Assembly: GCA_050701795.1 (NCBI GenBank)
Contig: JBOGDK010000001.1
Coordinates: forward strand, 1 to 60,932
Direction: 5' to 3'
From: Micromonosporaceae bacterium
GTDB taxonomy: Bacteria > Actinomycetota > Actinomycetes > Mycobacteriales > Micromonosporaceae
DNA length: 60,932 nt
Under the pieces are notes generated by a model. It did not search any database. It saw only the letters and a list, made by a program, of their open reading frames with translations, and was not told the origin of the DNA. Below, one piece after another: positions 46,686 to 54,809 of the stretch (within the stretch, counting starts at the first letter, position 1; each line of letters starts with the position of its first letter). The translations under genes and the position numbers were made by a program.

Positions 46686-47186
46686 TCAGACCAGGACCGT
46701 GAGATCCCGGACGTAGGACAGTCCTGGTCGGCCGCTCAGGACAGTCTCGCCGACCGGTACGAATCCGGTGCGGGCCAACACGGCTCGGGACCCCGCGTTG
46801 TCCACGGTGGTGGACGCGCGCAGTGTCGTGAGCCCGTACTGGGTCGCGGACAGGGCGCAGACCCGTCGTACGGCGTCAGTGGCCAGGCCGCGCCCCGCGG
46901 AGCGCTCCGCGATCCGGTACCCGAGATCAGCCGAGCCGTCCGCCACGTCGATCAGGTTGACGCGCCCCACCACCGCGCCCTCAGTGTCCACCAGCACGTG
47001 GAAGTAGCACACGCCCGCGGACTGTTCCTCGAGCAGCTCGCGATGCCGGATCTCGAACCTCGCGAAGTACTCATCGCCGCGGTCAGGTATCACCGCGGCG
47101 AAGTACGCCCGGTTCTCCCGTTCGAACGCCAGGAGGGGCGGCGCGTGGTCGGGCCGGAGCAGCTCGAGTGCGGGCAGGGCGGGCAT
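46686..47186 (-). CDS. GNAT family N-acetyltransferase (RimJ/RimL-like)
   Basis: GYRIAERSAGRGLATDAV and the overall GNAT pattern. The internal ATG at 47186 is preferred. Confidence 0.75.
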   Translation of the reverse strand: MPALPALELLRPDHAPPLLAFERENRAYFAAVIPDRGDEYFARFEIRHRELLEEQSAGVCYFHVLVDTEGAVVGRVNLIDVADGSADLGYRIAERSAGRGLATDAVRRVCALSATQYGLTTLRASTTVDNAGSRAVLARTGFVPVGETVLSGRPGLSYVRDLTVLV

Positions 47187-47551
47187 GACACGAAGATTAC
47201 GTGCCAGGTTCGCGGTACCCACCCGACGGCGGGTGGGCAGTCCATCCAGTGCCTGGGCGCGCGATGCGTCGCGGGGCATCAGCACCTCTTACGACCGGCA
47301 GTCCCCAGACAAGGCCGGCTCCGGCGTGGGAGTTCGCCGATATCCCACGAAATCCGCTCAAATTGGCTTAGCCTTTCCGTGCCGCAACCGCTCCTTGCCA
47401 GCGTTGGGGAGCGCGCATCAAGCGCACTCCCCACCTGTCTGGAGCCACCACCCCGATCCGGATCGTTGCGCACCGGGTCGGAGCCACCTGGTCGATGCGC
47501 CCGGCGACGTCCACAGCCTGGGCCCCCGAGCTAGCTCGCGAGGAGTGCACG

Positions 47552-48892
47552 TTGTCAAGAAGGAGACGCCGGGTCACGGTGCAGAAGCTCACCGTCCCCC
47601 GGCTGGAGAAGGCGAAGGCCGCCTTCACGACTCGCCGAGTGCCGCGCAACCGGATGCGGACTCTGGTCAGCGGAACGGTACGTCCCCGTTCCGGTGACCT
47701 GGTGCTTGCCGCGGTGACGAGGATCGGCCAGCACCGCAAGATCGAGCAACCGAACGGACGACGCGCGATGCTGCATGTCGGTGACGAGATCCTCGTGACC
47801 TATGCCGACCGCTACGCCCCCGATCAGTTCGAGGCGCAGGTGCCCCACGATCTGGGGCGGGCGCAACTGGTGGCGGCAGGTGGCGTGGCCGCGACAATGC
47901 TCAGCCGGAGCCGGGACGTCAGGAACGCCACCGACATCCTCCCGATCGGACTCGTCGGCGACAGCTACGGCCGGGCGCTGAACCTGAGCGACTTCGGTCT
48001 CAAGGCGGTGAAACCTGATCGTCCGCGGCCGCGCACCATCGCCATCATCGGCACCTCGATGAACTCCGGAAAGACCACGACGATCCAGCACATGGTGCAC
48101 AGCCTCAGTAGCGCGGGAGTCGCGACCGGCGCCACCAAGGTCACGGGTACGGGCTCCGGCGGCGACTACTGGGTGATGCTCGATGCCGGGGCGCTTCGGA
48201 TGCTCGACTTCACCGATGCGGGGCTCGCTTCGACGTACCGGCAGCCGATATCCACCGTGGAACGCGTCGTACGGCAGTTGGTGGACCATCTGACCCACGC
48301 CCGATCGGACGTGAACTTCGTCGAGGTCGCCGATGGTGTGTACCAGCGCGAAACGGCGTTGCTGCTTCAGTCGAAAGTCTTCCACTCCCTGGTTGACGCC
48401 GTCCTTTTCACGGCGGCCGACGCGGCCGGAGCGGCAGCGGGAGTCGCCGAACTGAGGCGGGCCGGCCTCGACGTGGTCGGCGTGACCGGGCGGCTGACAC
48501 GCTCGCCTCTGGCGATTCGGGAAGCCGAACGGGCGGTTGAGCTACCGGTGTTCACCAGGGCTCAACTCGCCGACCCGAAGACAGTGTGTGAACTCATCGG
48601 ACTGAGCCCCACCCTCCTGGGGGAGGACGGCGCGGAATCGGAGCCGTGGCCCTCCAGCGGGTTGGACTGGGACGTCCCACCTGACGCGGACGTCGACGCC
48701 CCCGATGCCGAGGTCTTCGGTGCTGGTGCCGAGGATGCTGGCGCTGACAGTGCTGGCGCCAACCGTGCTGGCGCCAACGGTGCTGGCGCCAACGGTGCTG
48801 GCGCCGACGCCTCCGGTACCGACGATGCGGAACGGGCCGCTGACGAGGAGATCACCGAGCACGACGACCTCGCGGCCCCGGCTGCGATCTAG
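47552..48892 (+). CDS. P-loop (Walker A GTSMNSGKTTT) protein with an Ala/Gly/Asp/Asn pentapeptide-repeat acidic tail; family uncertain (DTBS/CobQ/DUF1611-like P-loop)
   Basis: IAIIGTSMNSGKTTT Walker A after a ~150-aa N-terminal domain. A TTG at 47552 follows AGGAG by 6 nt; GTG at 47579 is an alternative start. The last ~90 aa are low-complexity. Confidence 0.6.
   Translation: MSRRRRRVTVQKLTVPRLEKAKAAFTTRRVPRNRMRTLVSGTVRPRSGDLVLAAVTRIGQHRKIEQPNGRRAMLHVGDEILVTYADRYAPDQFEAQVPHDLGRAQLVAAGGVAATMLSRSRDVRNATDILPIGLVGDSYGRALNLSDFGLKAVKPDRPRPRTIAIIGTSMNSGKTTTIQHMVHSLSSAGVATGATKVTGTGSGGDYWVMLDAGALRMLDFTDAGLASTYRQPISTVERVVRQLVDHLTHARSDVNFVEVADGVYQRETALLLQSKVFHSLVDAVLFTAADAAGAAAGVAELRRAGLDVVGVTGRLTRSPLAIREAERAVELPVFTRAQLADPKTVCELIGLSPTLLGEDGAESEPWPSSGLDWDVPPDADVDAPDAEVFGAGAEDAGADSAGANRAGANGAGANGAGADASGTDDAERAADEEITEHDDLAAPAAI
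48721..48810 (+). repeat. Six tandem 15-bp units (TGCTGGCGCCAACGG consensus) inside the P-loop gene
   Basis: Units at 48721, 48736, 48751, 48766, 48781 and 48796; units 4 and 5 are identical. They encode (G/A)A(G/N/D)xA pentapeptides (AGANRAGANGAGANGAGAD). Confidence 0.85.
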
Positions 48893-48894
48893 GG

Positions 48895-50625
48895 GTGGCA
48901 CCGGTGAAACCCGACACGGATCTCTTCACGCTGAAACGGACCGGCGTGGCCATCGTGATCACGCTGGGAGTGCTGCAGGCCGCGGCCCTGGTCGGCTTCG
49001 TACTGCTACTGATGGCGACGGTGGACGCGCTCAAGGCGCCCACCCTGGGCCCCGCGGCGGATGCGGCCTGGAGAACCACCTTGTACCAGCTCGGCGCGCT
49101 CCTGGTGTTGGTGATGCTCCACGGCCTGCTGCGGGCGTGGGAATTCAACATCACGGAGAAGATCGGCTACCACGTGGTGGCGCGCATCCGGATGCGGATG
49201 TACCGGCACCTGCAGGGCATGATGGCCCGGCAGTTGCAGGGCCGGTCACGAGGTGGGCTGCTCCTGCGGTTCATCGGCGACCTGTCGATGCTGCGGATGT
49301 GGATCAGCCGCGGGTTCCTCGGCGGCATGGTCTCGCTGATCGTGCTGGCGGCCGCGCTGACCACATTGCTAGTGCTCAACGTGTTCATTGGGATGACTCT
49401 GGTGGCCGTGCTCTCGGCGGGCGCGGCCGTCTCGCTCACCAGCGGAGCTGCGATGCGCCGCGCGACCCGGATCATGCGCCGCCGCAGGTCGCTGTTGACC
49501 AGCAACCTGGACGAGCAGGTCAACGCCCTGACGGTGCCGCAGGTGTTCGGCCGCTCCAGAGGGGAGCACACCCGGCTCTCCCGCCAGAACAACGCCCTGC
49601 TGCGCGCGTTGTTCCGGGTGGCGGAGTTCCGCGGCCGGCTCCGCGGACTCGCGACCGCGTCGGCGTTGCTGGCCGTGGTGGCGGTGCTGCTCGTCGGCCT
49701 GGTGGAGGTACGGCGGGGAACGGCAACCCCGGGCATCGTGATAGCGGCGATCATCACCAGCCGCCTGCTCGCCACCCCGGTACGCAGGCTCGGACTGGCT
49801 CACGACTACTGGCACCGCGCCGATGTGTCGCGACGGAAGATCCTCGACTTCCTGCGCAGCTCCAGCCGGGCACTCGATCCGCCAGAGCTGGCCAAGTTGG
49901 CGGTACGCAAGGGTGGCATCGAATTCCGGGAAGTCACCGTACCCGGCGCGCTGGAGCGGATCACCGCCTCCGCGCAACCCGGCCAGCTGATCGGTGTGAC
50001 CGGTCCCAACGGGTCCGGCAAGTCCACACTGCTCGGGGTGGTGGCACGCCTCGTCGAACCCGCCGACGGTCAGGTGCTCATCGACGGGCAGATCCTCACG
50101 GAGATGACCCCCCGGTCCACCTTCCGGATGATCGGCATGGTGGGCCCGGACCTGCCGCTGATGCGAGGCACCCTACGACGCAACCTGACGTACCGGCAGC
50201 GCAACACCGACGCCGAGGAACTGCGTCGCGTGGTGTTCGCCACTGGGCTCGACCGCGTCCTCACCCAGCTCCCCGAGGGGCTGATGACCTGGCTGGTCGA
50301 GTCGGGCCGGAATCTCTCGGCCGGCCAGCGGCAGCTCATCGCGCTCGGCCGCGCCATGATCGGCAACCCGCCGATCCTGCTCCTCGACGAGCCGACCGCG
50401 GGTCTGGACGCGCAAGGCAAAGCCGACGTACGACGCACCATGGCCCGCTACCACGGGACGGTTCTTCTGGCGTCCCACGATCCTGCGGAGCTGGCGCTCG
50501 CTGACCAGGTGTGGGTGCTGGAGCGAGGCCGGGTGATCGAGACCCTCTCGGCCGACGAGTACCGCAGCCGGCTCTGGTTGACAGCGCAGAGGGAGGACGC
50601 GTGGCACCACGTAGCCGTCCATTAG
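48895..50625 (+). CDS. ABC exporter, fused permease/ATPase half-transporter
   Basis: 576 aa. Six-helix TMD, then Walker A GPNGSGKST, signature LSAGQRQ and Walker B ILLLDEP. The GTG start is 2 nt after the upstream stop. Confidence 0.9.
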   Translation: MAPVKPDTDLFTLKRTGVAIVITLGVLQAAALVGFVLLLMATVDALKAPTLGPAADAAWRTTLYQLGALLVLVMLHGLLRAWEFNITEKIGYHVVARIRMRMYRHLQGMMARQLQGRSRGGLLLRFIGDLSMLRMWISRGFLGGMVSLIVLAAALTTLLVLNVFIGMTLVAVLSAGAAVSLTSGAAMRRATRIMRRRRSLLTSNLDEQVNALTVPQVFGRSRGEHTRLSRQNNALLRALFRVAEFRGRLRGLATASALLAVVAVLLVGLVEVRRGTATPGIVIAAIITSRLLATPVRRLGLAHDYWHRADVSRRKILDFLRSSSRALDPPELAKLAVRKGGIEFREVTVPGALERITASAQPGQLIGVTGPNGSGKSTLLGVVARLVEPADGQVLIDGQILTEMTPRSTFRMIGMVGPDLPLMRGTLRRNLTYRQRNTDAEELRRVVFATGLDRVLTQLPEGLMTWLVESGRNLSAGQRQLIALGRAMIGNPPILLLDEPTAGLDAQGKADVRRTMARYHGTVLLASHDPAELALADQVWVLERGRVIETLSADEYRSRLWLTAQREDAWHHVAVH

Positions 50626-51446
50626 TGGGGCGCGCCTCCGCTCGCGGACCGCGCCCCCCGGTGAGCTACCGCACGTACGTACCGGAGCGCAACGACGGAC
50701 GTCCGGCTCTGGTCCTGGTGCACGGACGGGCCCGCGCCGCCGCGGCACTGTTCCGGGCGTTCCTGCCGATGGCGGTTGCGCGCAACGTTCCGCTGCTGGT
50801 ACCGACGTTCCCCCGTACCCGTTATCACCACTATCAACAGCTCGCAGGTGTCCAGGGTCCGCTCGCCGCACGAGGGGCGCTGCTGGCCGTACTGGAGGAT
50901 GCCCGTAGCAACCTGGGCGCCTCCGTGGACACGATCGACCTGCTCGGTTTCTCCGGCGGCGCGCAGTTCGCCCACCGGTTCGCGATGCTGACAACGACGC
51001 GGATCCGTCGCCTCGTCGTCGCCTCCGCGGGGTGGTACACGTACCTGCGGCCGGGCACACCGTTCCCGTTAGGGGCCGGTGCCAGCAGGCTCAGCGGCGG
51101 CATGCCGGTCGACGTCGAGGCGTTCCTGCGACTCCCGGTGCATGTGCTCGTCGGTGCTCTGGACACCCAGCACGGGCCTGGGCTGCGTACCAGCAGGGCC
51201 ATCAACCGGACCCAGGGCGACGACCGGCTGGTACGGGCGCTGCGCTGGCTGGACCACCTCGAGGAACGCGCGTACGCACACGACCTCGGCCCCCGGGTGA
51301 CGTTCGACCTGATGCCGGATACCGGCCACTCGTTCAGCCAGGCCGTCTTCACCGGCGGCCTGGTCGGCCGGGCGTTCGAGTTCCTCCACCCGGTGTCGCC
51401 GGACGCCATGCCCCTGCAGGAGACAGATGTGGAGCTGCTGCCATGA
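50625..51446 (+). CDS. Alpha/beta-hydrolase (esterase/depolymerase-like), no signal peptide, copy 1
   Basis: ALVLVHG and nucleophile elbow GFSGGAQFAHRF. The GTG start overlaps the ABC gene's stop (TAGTG). The start is uncertain. Confidence 0.65.
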   Translation: MGRASARGPRPPVSYRTYVPERNDGRPALVLVHGRARAAAALFRAFLPMAVARNVPLLVPTFPRTRYHHYQQLAGVQGPLAARGALLAVLEDARSNLGASVDTIDLLGFSGGAQFAHRFAMLTTTRIRRLVVASAGWYTYLRPGTPFPLGAGASRLSGGMPVDVEAFLRLPVHVLVGALDTQHGPGLRTSRAINRTQGDDRLVRALRWLDHLEERAYAHDLGPRVTFDLMPDTGHSFSQAVFTGGLVGRAFEFLHPVSPDAMPLQETDVELLP

Positions 51447-52546
51447 CCCGGGACCGGAAACTGATCACTGCGCTCACCACGCTCGCGGTGCTCGCCGCCG
51501 GCGCGGTCGTCGCCAGAGTCGTGTTCAGCGATCCTCCGGTGGCGGCGGTGCAGCGATCGGTGTCCCTGGGCTCGGACGGCCGGCTGTCCATACAGTTCGT
51601 CGGCGACACCTTCACGGGGGGCCGGGGTGAGCCCTACATCGCCAAGTACGGGTACGACTGGCCGTTCAAGAACATCACGTCGATGCTGGACGCGGACTTC
51701 ACCATCGCCACCGCCGAAGCGGCGATCACCGCGCGCAAGGGCGTCTGGAACCTGGGCAAGAAGGACGCCTACAAGACACCACCACCATCCGCCGCCGCGA
51801 TGGCGAGTGCCGGAATTGACAGCGTCACACTGGCCAACAACCAGGTTTTCGGTGCCGGGCCAGGTGGTCTGGCCGACACATTACGACATACCCGCGCCGC
51901 GGGCCTTTCCGCGTTTGGCGCCGGTTCCCGCCTTGCCGCGGCGGAGCAGCCACTGCTACTCAGGTCTGAGGTCGGCACCGTCGGCATCGTCGGGCTCGGG
52001 GAGAGCGTCGGGTTCAAGGCCTCTGACACCACACCGGGCATCGTGGTGCTCAACAGGAAGAGCATCGAACGTGGTGTGGGGATCGCCCGGGCGGCGGGCG
52101 CGGACTGGGTGGTCGCGTACGTGCACTGGGGCGAAAACTACGCGCCCATCAGCAAAGGTCAACGGTACTGGGCCGGGCTGCTCGCCCGGGCCGGGTACGA
52201 CCTGATCATCGGCAGCGGCCCGCACGCCGCGCAGCCGATCGAGGTGACCGGTTCGGTGCCGGTCGTCTACAGCCTCGGCAACTTCGTGTACAGCACCCGG
52301 GGTCAATGGGAGAACGTGGCCGTGGGCGGGGTCGGCTTGTCGGTCGACCTGGTTCTGGCACGAGACCGCAAGCCGGAGCTGTCCGCACGGTGTCTGCTGA
52401 CCGACAACGCGGTGGTGCGATACCAGCCGAGGCCGTGCACGGCTGAACAAGCACAGCGCTACCTGCCCAAGCTGCACGCCGGCAATGTGGGCAGGCAGAG
52501 CCGCAGCACCGTGCACTGCGACTGTTTCACCCGGTGGTACGAATGA
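51443..52546 (+). CDS. CapA/PgsA-like metallophosphoesterase-fold protein with N-terminal membrane anchor, copy 1
   Basis: MTRDRKLITALTTLAVLAAGAVV anchor. FVGDTF, ANNQVFGAG, YVHWGENY, GSGPH and SLGNFV motifs are typical of the PGA_cap family. ATGA overlap with the upstream stop. Confidence 0.8.
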   Translation: MTRDRKLITALTTLAVLAAGAVVARVVFSDPPVAAVQRSVSLGSDGRLSIQFVGDTFTGGRGEPYIAKYGYDWPFKNITSMLDADFTIATAEAAITARKGVWNLGKKDAYKTPPPSAAAMASAGIDSVTLANNQVFGAGPGGLADTLRHTRAAGLSAFGAGSRLAAAEQPLLLRSEVGTVGIVGLGESVGFKASDTTPGIVVLNRKSIERGVGIARAAGADWVVAYVHWGENYAPISKGQRYWAGLLARAGYDLIIGSGPHAAQPIEVTGSVPVVYSLGNFVYSTRGQWENVAVGGVGLSVDLVLARDRKPELSARCLLTDNAVVRYQPRPCTAEQAQRYLPKLHAGNVGRQSRSTVHCDCFTRWYE

Positions 52547-52602
52547 CACCAGGGGCGACCAGCGGACAGCTCCGGCGAGCGGTGACGGCGGGCCGCCGGT
52601 GC

Positions 52603-53568
52603 ATGGTCGGGTCCGTCCGGTGGCGGGTGCTCGCCGCGATGAGCTGTGTGTCGTTGCTCGCGGGCTGCTGCATCGGGCCCTCAGAAGACCCGCTCGAACG
52701 CGCCCGGTCCCACCGTGGCGGCTCGCCCGGGCCTTGCCCGGCCGCGGGCCCGGCCATCACACCCGGCGCAGGCACGTTCAGTTTCACCGGGTACGCCCCG
52801 CTCGCCGACCGACCGGTACGGGTCTGGTACGTCGCGCCCGAGGACCCCGCCACCGCCGAGATCGTGTTCGTGATGCACGGCATGGAGCGCAACGGCGAGG
52901 AGTACCGGGACGACTGGGAGGCCCTGGTACGTGGCCGCAACGTACTGGTCGTGGTCCCGGAGTTCTCCGAGGACGCGTACCCGGGAACGTCGTCGTACAA
53001 CCTGGGCAACATGGTCGACAGCGACGGCGACCCGGTCCCCGAGGAACAGTGGAGCTTCCACATCATCGAGGCGCTGTTCGACTTCGTGGTGTGCGAGGTG
53101 GGCAGCACCGCCGGGGACTACGCGATCTTCGGTCACTCGGCTGGGGCACAGTTCGTCCACCGCTTCCTGGAGTTCATGCCCGCGCACCGGGCCCGGGCCG
53201 CGGTGGCCGCCAACGCCGGCTGGTACACGTTCCTCGACAAGTCCGAGGACTTCCCGTACGGGCTCGACGGCAACCCGGTGGACGAGGAGACCACGGAGGC
53301 GGCGTTGGCGTCGAACCTGATCGTCCTGCTGGGCGCCGACGACATCGACGACGATGACGACTCGCTGAACAACGACGACCGCGCCAGGGAGCAGGGGCGG
53401 CATCGGCTGGAACGTGGGATGCGCTTCTACCTCAACGCGCGCGCCCTCGCCGATCGCGAGTCCGTACCGTTCGGCTGGCGGCTGGCCACGGTGCCGGGGA
53501 TCGCCCACTCACACACGGACATGGCGGCGTACACGGCGTCACTGCTGTTCGACCGTAAGGACCCATGA
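52603..53568 (+). CDS. Lipoprotein alpha/beta-hydrolase, paralogue of 50625-51446, copy 2
   Basis: MVGSVRWRVLAAMSCVSLLAGC lipobox. GHSAGAQFVHRF elbow and ANAGWYTF align with copy 1 (GFSGGAQFAHRF, ASAGWYTY). An alternative ATG at 52543 overlaps the capA-like stop (ATGA). Confidence 0.7.
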   Translation: MVGSVRWRVLAAMSCVSLLAGCCIGPSEDPLERARSHRGGSPGPCPAAGPAITPGAGTFSFTGYAPLADRPVRVWYVAPEDPATAEIVFVMHGMERNGEEYRDDWEALVRGRNVLVVVPEFSEDAYPGTSSYNLGNMVDSDGDPVPEEQWSFHIIEALFDFVVCEVGSTAGDYAIFGHSAGAQFVHRFLEFMPAHRARAAVAANAGWYTFLDKSEDFPYGLDGNPVDEETTEAALASNLIVLLGADDIDDDDDSLNNDDRAREQGRHRLERGMRFYLNARALADRESVPFGWRLATVPGIAHSHTDMAAYTASLLFDRKDP

Positions 53569-53582
53569 GCACCAGGGGTACG

Positions 53583-53646
53583 CGGCGTTCGACCTGATGC
53601 CGGACACCGGCCACTTGTTCAGAGATAGATGTGGAGCCACTGCCAT
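53583..53646 (+). pseudogene. Relic of the 3' end of a copy-1-type hydrolase gene upstream of the second capA-like gene
   Basis: GCGTTCGACCTGATGCCGGACACCGGCCACTTGTTCAG...AGATAGATGTGGAGCCACTGCCATGA matches 51301-51338 plus 51418-51446, with the ~80 nt between those two blocks missing. It would encode AFDLMPDTGH versus TFDLMPDTGH. Confidence 0.75.
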
Positions 53647-54748
53647 GACCCGGGACCAGAAACTGATCACCGTTCTCACCGCGATTGCCGTACTGGCCGG
53701 AACGATGGTGGTGGCCAGAATGGCTTTCAACGACCCACCGCCGGTCAAGGCGGTGGAGCGTACGGTCGACGTGGGCCCGGACGGGCGTTTGTCCATACAG
53801 TTCGTCGGCGACACGTTCCTCGGCGACGCAGCACAGCCCTACCTCGACAAGTACGGGTATGACTGGCCGTTCAAGAACGCCAAGGCGATGCTGAACGCGG
53901 ACTTCACCATCGCCACCGCCGAGGCCGCGATCACCTCGCGTGTCGGACTCCTGAATCCGGGCAAGAAGTACGCGTACGCGGCGAAGCCGGCAGCCGCCCC
54001 GGCGATGCGCCGGGCGGGGATCGACGCCGTGACGCTGTCGAACAACCACGTCTTCGACGCCGGCGCGAAGGGCCTGGCCGACACGGTGCGACACACCCGG
54101 AGAGCGGGACTCGCGTCGTTCGGTGCGGGCCGCAACGTCGCTGAGGCGGAGCAGCCACTGCTGCTCAAGTCCTCGATCGGCACGGTGGGCATCGTCGGGA
54201 TCGGGGAGAGCTTCGGGTTCACCGCTAGAGACGACGCCGCAGGAACGGTCGTGCTCAGCACGGAGAGCGTCCAGCGCGGGTTGGCTCTGGCGCGCGCGGC
54301 GGGTGCCGACTGGGTCATCGCCTACGTGCACTGGGGAGACAACTATTCACCAATCAACAAGCCGCAACGCCGGTGGGCTCGGGAGTTCGTACGCGAAGGT
54401 TACGACCTGGTCATCGGGAGCGGTCCTCACAGTTCACAGGGGATGGAGGTGATCGACTCGGTACCGGTCTTCTACAGCATCGGCAACTTCGTGTTCGGTG
54501 CCCCCGGCCGATGGGCCAGCTACAACCTGCCGGGAATCGGCCTGTCGGTGGAGCTGGAACTCGCGAAGCACCGCAAGGCCCAGCTGTCTGTACGGTGCCT
54601 GCTGACCGACAACGTGATCGTCGGGTACCAGGCGAGGCCCTGCACGGCGAACGAGACACGCCGCTACGTCACCGATCTCCACCGGGACATAGTGGTTAAG
54701 GGGCGCCACGCGGTGATGCCTTGCGACTGCTTCCGGGAACGCCACTGA
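53645..54748 (+). CDS. CapA/PgsA-like metallophosphoesterase-fold protein with N-terminal membrane anchor, copy 2
   Basis: MTRDQKLITVLTAIAVLAGTMVV anchor. Colinear with copy 1 along the full length (FVGDTF, SNNHVFDAG, YVHWGDNY, GSGPH, SIGNFV). Confidence 0.8.
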   Translation: MTRDQKLITVLTAIAVLAGTMVVARMAFNDPPPVKAVERTVDVGPDGRLSIQFVGDTFLGDAAQPYLDKYGYDWPFKNAKAMLNADFTIATAEAAITSRVGLLNPGKKYAYAAKPAAAPAMRRAGIDAVTLSNNHVFDAGAKGLADTVRHTRRAGLASFGAGRNVAEAEQPLLLKSSIGTVGIVGIGESFGFTARDDAAGTVVLSTESVQRGLALARAAGADWVIAYVHWGDNYSPINKPQRRWAREFVREGYDLVIGSGPHSSQGMEVIDSVPVFYSIGNFVFGAPGRWASYNLPGIGLSVELELAKHRKAQLSVRCLLTDNVIVGYQARPCTANETRRYVTDLHRDIVVKGRHAVMPCDCFRERH

Positions 54749-54809
54749 TGCCCGGCTCGGTCATCACCCCCGGCGCGGGGAAGTTCATGGTGTCGGGATC
54801 GGCGCCGCC

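Noticed and set aside
48721-48810. Short regularly spaced repeats considered as a CRISPR-like array
   Set aside because: The units are contiguous 15-mers with no spacers, they are in frame inside a coding sequence, and no cas genes are present.
48705-50504. 599-aa alternative-frame ORF over the ABC exporter, and 49167-49775 on the minus strand
   Set aside because: The 48895-50625 frame contains Walker A, the ABC signature and Walker B. The alternatives are Arg/Pro/Gly-rich.
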